The position numbers were made by a program, and so were the translations under genes. The notes beneath the pieces were generated by a model, which was given only the letters and a program-made list of their open reading frames with translations, searched no databases and was not told where the DNA came from. A stretch of DNA of 13,665 nucleotides, from NCBI RefSeq assembly GCF_006345805.1, contig NW_021826559.1:1-13665 (forward strand), read 5' to 3'. Origin of the DNA: Octopus sinensis (taxonomy: Eukaryota). Positions 8,013 to 13,665 of this stretch are shown here, in pieces (within the stretch, counting starts at the first letter, position 1; each line of letters opens with the position of its first letter).

Positions 8013-8317
8013 TGCTTGTAGATTCTTTTCTTTCGGTTCTTTCCTGTTTCACTAATGAAACAGGAAATATATCGGGAAAACTGCAGCAATAAGAAGAACA
8101 ACAGCGCCATCAAAAGTAAGAGTAAGAAAAAGAAAGATCGAAAGACGGAAAGGAAGAAAAGAAGGAAGGAAGGAAGAAAAGAAAATAGACCTGGTTGAGC
8201 ATCAAAAGTGGAAAGTGGCATATGTTGAAGATATTGTCTGAGAATTCTATTGTATAATAGACTAGTCATAGTTCACTATTACAAAGAAATGTTTTGTGTT
8301 GGGGGTTTACGTAGACG

Positions 8318-8424
8318 CATATATATATATATATGTATATATACGCGGGCACACACTTGCACACATACACACACAGATATATACATACATACACACATAT
8401 ACATATATATGCATATATACATAC

Positions 8425-8473
<49 letters not shown>

Positions 8474-8568
8474 ATGTATATACATATATATATATATATA
8501 TTATATATATATATATATATGTATATATATTTGTATAATATACATATATGTATAAATATTTGTATACA

Positions 8569-8620
<52 letters not shown>

Positions 8621-8621
8621 C

Positions 8622-8695
<74 letters not shown>

Positions 8696-9040
8696 ATACA
8701 TATATGTACAGTCTATATCAGCCTATGAATCTATCTATCTATCATATAGATAGATATGTGCGCGCGGAGGGGTTGTACACATATACACAAACCTAAGTAT
8801 TTATATCAATAAACGCTTATATGCTTATAGATATATGTATATATTTACATATATGCATATATATATATATATATACACACACAAATATACACACACATAC
8901 ACAAATGTACAAACAAGCATACACATATCTATATATATGGGTTTGTATGTGTATGCTTGTAGGCGGGTATGAATATATATATGTATATATATATATATAT
9001 ATACATACACACACACACACACACACACGTTTGTGTGTGT
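8318..9040. repeat. Compound (TA)/(CA)/(TG) microsatellite region
   Basis: Direct reading. Source of the YI/HT/CV ORFs. Confidence 0.93.
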
Positions 9041-9559
9041 AATGCTATTACTTTCAGGTTATGATTTCTGATGTTGTCATGATGTGTATTGTCCCCCTTT
9101 ATTGTTGTTGCACTCTACGATGTGCATATATGCAACGTACAGTGCTGTGTTGTGTGTTGTCTACTATTTGTAGCGTTCTACGGTGTCAGATGTAAGGGAG
9201 GTATGGTGCGCCATATGGCATGGTGGAGTAAGGTGTGACTACATAGATGTGCTATGGCTAAGGTTGGGTGGTTCTCTTTGACGCTTTCTTGTGGACTTGT
9301 GTCTTTTATCTTGTTTGCCGTTTGTATGCAAAATCATATTAAGGTGTCGTACAATGGCGCCTAGGCTGTACCGCGATATAAACATTCTCTGCTTTGCTCT
9401 CATTTGATGTTGTTATTGACGTTCCTATTATTTGGTTAAAGATCAGTAATGACTGAGTTGATTTATGATCAAAGACATTCTAGCCATGACCATTCCATCT
9501 TTTATTAAAGCCGTTTATCTGAGACTCATTATTGTATAATTCAATACGCACTATTGGGT

Positions 9560-9978
9560 GGTGTGACATGAAAAAGATTTGGTTGCTATTTCTTATTTCT
9601 TTATTGCCCACAACGGGCTAAACATAGAGGGGACAAACAAGGACAGACAAAGGGATTAAGTCGATTACATCGACTCCAGTGCATAACTGGTACTTTATTT
9701 ATCGAACCCGATAGGATGAAAGGCAAAGTCGACTTCGGCAGAATTTGAACTCAGAACGTAACGGCAGACGAAATACCACTAAGTATTTCGCCCCGCGTGC
9801 TAACGATTCTGCCAGCTCACCACCTTATTTGGTTACTATTTCTAGCAGGCAAAGTGCCCCATTAGACATTCCATCCTATAATCCACTACGCTCTACAGCG
9901 TAGTGTGACGTAAAATAGATTTGGTTACTATTTCTAGCAAGCAGAGCGACCTCGTATGCATTCCCTCCTTGATAATCT
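9560..9978. repeat. Two diverged ~92-bp tandem units, the first interrupted by the SINE
   Basis: The pattern gtgtgac...gatttggtt(g/a)ctatttctagca...cattcc.tcct...ataatc occurs twice. The atttggttactatttctagca core is at 9827 and 9919. Confidence 0.7.
9594..9824 (-). mobile_element. Full-length S1 SINE monomer with 17-bp TSD
   Basis: The minus strand runs ggtggtgagctggcagaatcgttagc...gtgggcaataaagaaataa. TSD: atttggttgctatttct (9577-9593) and atttggttactatttct (9827-9843). Confidence 0.93.
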
Positions 9979-10151
9979 GGTATGATTTTGTCCGTTAAAA
10001 AAAAAAATTCTTGATAATTATTTGGCGTGGATATGTGCTTCTCAAGTTAGTTACCGATCACCAATCACCGCTCAGGAGTTCACGAGTTCGATCATTTTTG
10101 ACGTCTTCGACAGTAGTGTCCATTCCCTCAAATCTTCGTTGGTGAAATTTC

Positions 10152-10262
10152 GAGCTCGGCAACATGATAAATGTAATTACCGGAGCAAATGACTTTACAT
10201 AATGAGTTCAAAGTCATGTAGATTCGATAGTTTTTGTTTCATTGGAAGTCGATAAAATAAGG
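10152..10262 (+). mobile_element. Highly decayed S1-like remnant
   Basis: Collinear motifs gagctcggca, ccggagcaaatg, gagttcaaa, gtcgataaaataag. Confidence 0.3.
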
Positions 10263-10277
10263 GGCGGTTAAATCATG

Positions 10278-10797
10278 GTTTCTAATTTTGATACAAGACC
10301 AGTGTGGAGGCGCAATGGCCCAGTGGTTAGGGCAGCGAACTCGCGGTCGTAGGATCGCGGTCTCGATTCCCAAACCGGGCGTTGTGAGTGTTTATTGAGC
10401 GAAAACGCCTAAAAGCTCCACGAGGCTCCGGCAGGGGGTGGTGGCGACCCCTGTTGAACTCTTTCACCACAACTTTCTCTCACTCTTACTTCCTGTTTCT
10501 GTTGTACCTGTATTTTAAGGGGCCGGCCTTGTCACTCTCTGTGTCACACTGAATATCCCCGAGAACTACGTTAAGGGTGCACGTGTCTGTGGAGTGCTCA
10601 GCCACTTACACGTTAATTTCACGGGCAGGCTGTTCCGTTGATTCCGATCAACCGGAACCCTCATCGTCGTAACCGATGGAGTGCTTCCACACAAGACCAG
10701 TAATTCTGAGGGGAAGGACTTACTCTATTACACTGACTTTAGTACTCGATTCATGCTCTGTTTTATCGACTTACAAAGGGCGAAAAACAACGTTGCC
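10278..10797 (-). mobile_element. Old antisense S1 (6148-type tail), split by the S3 SINE
   Basis: Joined flanks gtttctaattttgatacaagaccagtaattctgagggga...agtactc...ttttatcga...aaaggg align with the reverse complement of about 6240-6360. Confidence 0.6.
10304..10690 (+). mobile_element. Full-length tRNA-derived SINE, family S3, perfect 11-bp TSD
   Basis: A box tggcccagtgg and B-box-like ggtctcgattccc. TSD acaagaccagt at 10293-10303 and 10691-10701. Confidence 0.93.
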
Positions 10798-10862
10798 TTT
10801 CTGAGTTCAAATCCTAGTGGATCTGAAATCTGAAAGTATAAAAGCAGAAGAAATACCACATA

Positions 10863-11192
10863 CTATCGTTCTGAATATTTTTTTTTATCCATGGACCCCT
10901 TTTGATTACTATTTTATTCAGGTGGACCCCCATAGCTATTCGATGCTTTAAAAAAATTAGTTTTACAGATACAACTTTCAAAATTCCTATTTTGTTTTTC
11001 ACACATTCTCTCGTGTAGGTTGAACTATGTAAAATGCTAGAGAAAGAACCTTGGCTGCTTCTTGCAACATATACCAATACATACATCTAAAGTAACATTT
11101 TTCAAGGTCCCTTAAGATACTGCTGTGTATCCCTAAATTAATATTTTGTTACATGGACCCTTAAAAATTTTATATGGTGCTGAGAACAACTG
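10863..11192. mobile_element. Decayed hAT-like MITE
   Basis: The right end gctgagaacaactg resembles the reverse complement of the hAT/Charlie-type terminus CAGTGGTTCTCAA, and the left end ctatcgttctgaa matches it at 8/13. Subterminal tggaccc occurs at 10892, 10923 and 11154. No TSD is visible. Confidence 0.45.
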
Positions 11193-11323
11193 CTTTTAAT
11201 AATAGAAATTATTGTCATCAATGATACACAACACACAAAATGTGTAACAGCATCCATCTTGAAAATCTTATTATTATTAATCCTATATAACACATGCAAT
11301 ATCAGATATACTTTTATATATAC

Positions 11324-11356
11324 GCTTACGGCCATATCACGTTGAAAGCACCGGTT
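11324..11356 (+). pseudogene. 5S: 5' fragment of 5S rRNA (3'-truncated, tailless)
   Basis: gcttacggccatatcacgttgaaagcaccggtt matches, from nucleotide 1, the conserved metazoan 5S 5' end. The match is recognised from memory. The internal A/C-box promoter is absent. Confidence 0.85.
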
Positions 11357-11509
11357 TCTTCCAGTTTCCGTCCACCAAATTCACTTACAAGGCTTTGGTT
11401 GGCCCGAAGCTATATAGTACAAGGCTGTTGTCCGACATGCCACGCAGTGAGACTGAACCTGGTGCGATGTAGTTGGGAAGCAAGCTTCTTACCACACAGA
11501 GACGCCTGC
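11350..11509 (-). mobile_element. Antisense S2 SINE head and CORE-like region
   Basis: The minus strand gcaggcgtctctgtgtggtaagaagcttgcttccc...ggttcagtctcactgcgtggc...aaagccttgtaagtgaatttggtggacggaaactggaagaaacc aligns with 1424-1580. Confidence 0.9.
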
Positions 11510-11520
11510 GCCTATATATG

Positions 11521-11547
11521 ACGACAACAACAACAACAACAACAACA

Positions 11548-11602
<55 letters not shown>

Positions 11603-11759
11603 TAATAGTAATAATAATAATAATAATAATAACAATAACAATAACAATAATATTAACAATAATAATAGTAATAATAATAATAATGACAATAACAATAACA
11701 TTAACAATAATAATAGTAATAATAATAATAATAATAACAACAACAATAATAATAATAAC

Positions 11760-11856
<97 letters not shown>

Positions 11857-11880
11857 TAATAATAATAATAATAATAATAA
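11521..11880. repeat. (AAC)/(AAT) microsatellite
   Basis: Direct reading. Source of the poly-I/T/L ORFs. Confidence 0.95.
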
Positions 11881-11935
11881 GGTTCAGGTACAAAGATAGA
11901 TAGATAGAAAGATAGATTTATTGATAAAGAATGAC

Positions 11936-11937
<2 letters not shown>

Positions 11938-11983
<46 letters not shown>
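11938..11983. repeat. (GA)n microsatellite
   Basis: Direct reading. Confidence 0.95.
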
Positions 11984-12049
11984 TCTGAATATCTCACCCT
12001 AAGATATCTCTTATAGTACAAACCATATTAGGTCTGAGATGTTTTCGTT

Positions 12050-12485
12050 CCTTTCTGTTGTGCTTCTCTCTTTCTTCTTTCCTTCGTTCGTTTAATCTCC
12101 TCTCGCTTTTTACGATTCATACCCCCTCCTCCCCCGCCATAACCTTTGTATTTCTTTGTATCTCTCTTTCTTTTCATCATTCATATTTCTTTCATTCCAT
12201 TAACTGGTTCGTTATTTCATTCTACTGTTGTTGCATTTCATTCCTTTCTTTTATAATTCTCTCCTCTCCTTACTCATTATGCTTTTTTTTTTCTTTCATT
12301 CCTTTCCCCATACTTCCTTCTTCTTTTATCAGCTTATTTATCCCTTTCGTTTTATTTTCCTTTCTTTATTCCTCCGCTCTTTCATTTGTTTATAAGTCTT
12401 TCATTTCCATCTCCTTGTATTACTAGCTTATTCGACACATTTTCCTTGTCTCGTCGTTTTTGCATTCATACAATCTTTCTTTCTA
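12050..12485. repeat. Pyrimidine-rich low-complexity tract
   Basis: Strong T/C skew with no clear periodicity. Confidence 0.7.
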
Positions 12486-12791
12486 TGTCACCATATGTCC
12501 ACTTAATGTCTTCATATCTCCTTTATACAGGAATAATTCTTCATCACTATCGTCATTATCATATTATTCAATGACAGGATCAGCAAAATATTCAATGACT
12601 TGATTCTCCTTTGTATTTTTATTATTTTTTTGCATTATTGTTATTTCTTTTGCTTCCAGACATACATAATTATGTCTTTGCCTTGATATATTTAATTGTG
12701 TGCATACGAATATACGTTTGCTTCTGTATATTCATGATACAACTATATAAATATGGCTGTATACCACCATACAATATACATGCATGCGCGT

Positions 12792-13348
12792 GCAGGCGTG
12801 GCTGTGTGGTAAAAAGTTCGCTTCGAAACCACATGGTCCGAGTTCAGACCCACTGCGTGGGACTTTCTGAGGTCGACTCTGTTTTTGTATCCTTTCGGGG
12901 TCGATTAAGTTAAGTTAAGTTAAGTTAAGTTAATTTTTTGGCTCAAAAAGCAAAAGCAAGGCCATGTAGGGGGACATGGAGTTATGTACAGGGAGGATGT
13001 TCATGCAAAGAGTTCAGGCCATTTCTGGTCAAGAGAGTCTTTGAACCGAGCGGTCGTCGGCATCTTCACTATCTCGTCCGGCAGCTTATTCCACGGATCC
13101 GCAACCCGGACGGAGAAAGCCCCTCTCCTTTGATTGAGATGAAATCGTCGTAGATAGAGCTTTTCGGAGTGACTCCGCAGCCGACGCTCTGGAGCAGGAG
13201 TGAAGAATAGCTCTTTCGAGAGGTTATACTTAGATTAGATAAGTACCAGTTACACACTGGGGTCGATATAATCGACTTAATCCGTTTGTCCGTCCCTGTT
13301 TGTCCCCGCAGTGTGTAGTCCCTTGTGGGCAGTAAAGAAATAAGAAAT
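12792..13348 (+). mobile_element. Chimeric SINE (S2 head plus S1 body and tail) split by a CR1 insertion
   Basis: 12792-12860 is an S2 head, 12867-12907 is S1 body, and 13233-13348 resumes S1 at the interrupted point gtcgatta|gataagtacc. Confidence 0.75.
12905..13234 (-). pseudogene. 5'-truncated CR1-clade LINE 3' end with 3' UTR and (AACTT)n tail
   Basis: Open frame 13234-13001: SKYNLSKELFFTPAPERRLRSHSEKLYLRRFHLNQRRGAFSVRVADPWNKLPDEIVKMPTTARFKDSLDQKWPELFA*. It matches the CR1 C-terminal motif RGH..KL...FSxRV..WN.LP...FK..LD..W. About 5.8 copies of TTAAG at 12905-12933 form the tail. Confidence 0.93.
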
Positions 13349-13351
13349 CTC

Positions 13352-13621
13352 CAGATAATTGATTTTACAGTCCCAAATGATGTGAAAGTCAAAATAAGAG
13401 GTACAGAGAAAATAGCAAAGTACCAAGAGTTATAGGGACTATGGAAAGTTCGGAGTGTGTGTGAGAGATATATCCCTTTAGCTATAGGTCTATTCGGAAC
13501 TATCCCTAAAGATTTGAACAGATGGATAGAGGAAATAGCCATAAAACCTCGTTTAGTTCAGCTCCAGAAAACATTGTTATTAGGAACAGCTAAGATACTT
13601 AGGAAAACTCTTGGCATTTAA
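13352..13621 (+). pseudogene. R4/Dong-like LINE, C-terminal restriction-like endonuclease region
   Basis: QIIDFTVPNDVKVKIRGTEKIAKYQEL*GLWKVRSVCERYIPLAIGLFGTIPKDLNRWIEEIAIKPRLVQLQKTLLLGTAKILRKTLGI*. It matches the IID..P.D...EK..KY.DL...LW...P...G..G...LQK..LLGTA.ILR pattern of RLE-type non-LTR elements, with one internal stop. Confidence 0.88.
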
Positions 13622-13665
13622 GGTTACGTTTTGTAGTCTAGTGTTAGGAAGTTGTCTACCCCACA

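Noticed and set aside
9058-9200. Candidate exon (tactttcag|...ggag|gtatgg)
   Set aside because: All three frames contain stops and there is no recognisable protein similarity. A non-coding exon cannot be excluded without RNA data.
10189-10217. 8-bp inverted repeat atgacttt...aaagtcat
   Set aside because: It is a short AT-rich stem with a 13-nt loop, expected by chance.
10304-10375. Possible tRNA gene
   Set aside because: It has A/B boxes but no convincing cloverleaf, continues into a SINE body and is bounded by a TSD. The same applies to the S1 and S2 heads.
11473-11893. Poly-Ile/Thr and poly-Leu ORFs
   Set aside because: They are translations of (AAC)/(AAT)n.
12905-12933. TTAA runs as piggyBac target sites
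   Set aside because: There are no TIRs, and the run is better explained as the CR1 (AACTT)n tail.
13069-13542. 157-aa minus-strand ORF
   Set aside because: It crosses three unrelated repeats: antisense of the R4 relic, the SINE, and the wrong frame of CR1.

Overview
This is non-coding, repeat-saturated animal genomic DNA. I infer an octopus from recalled resemblance of its tRNA-derived SINEs to octopus families; this is not database-verified. No host protein-coding gene is supported, and every ORF in the track is a microsatellite or repeat artefact. The window holds three tRNA-headed SINE families (called S1, S2, S3 here), several nested in one another with readable target-site duplications. 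It also holds 3' relics of three LINE clades (RTE 6741-7172 minus, CR1 12905-13234 minus, R4/Dong-like 13352-13621 plus), two MITE-like elements, a ~1.24-kb tandem duplication with a recombinant SINE at its junction, and long (TA)/(CA)/(AAT)/(GAA)/(ATGT) tracts. The two best leads are (1) a Penelope-type minimal hammerhead-ribozyme motif on the minus strand at 5907-5942, with one core deviation (A6U), and (2) the exact 5' 33 nt of 5S rRNA inserted inside an antisense SINE at 11324-11356, as expected of a tailless, target-primed retropseudogene.
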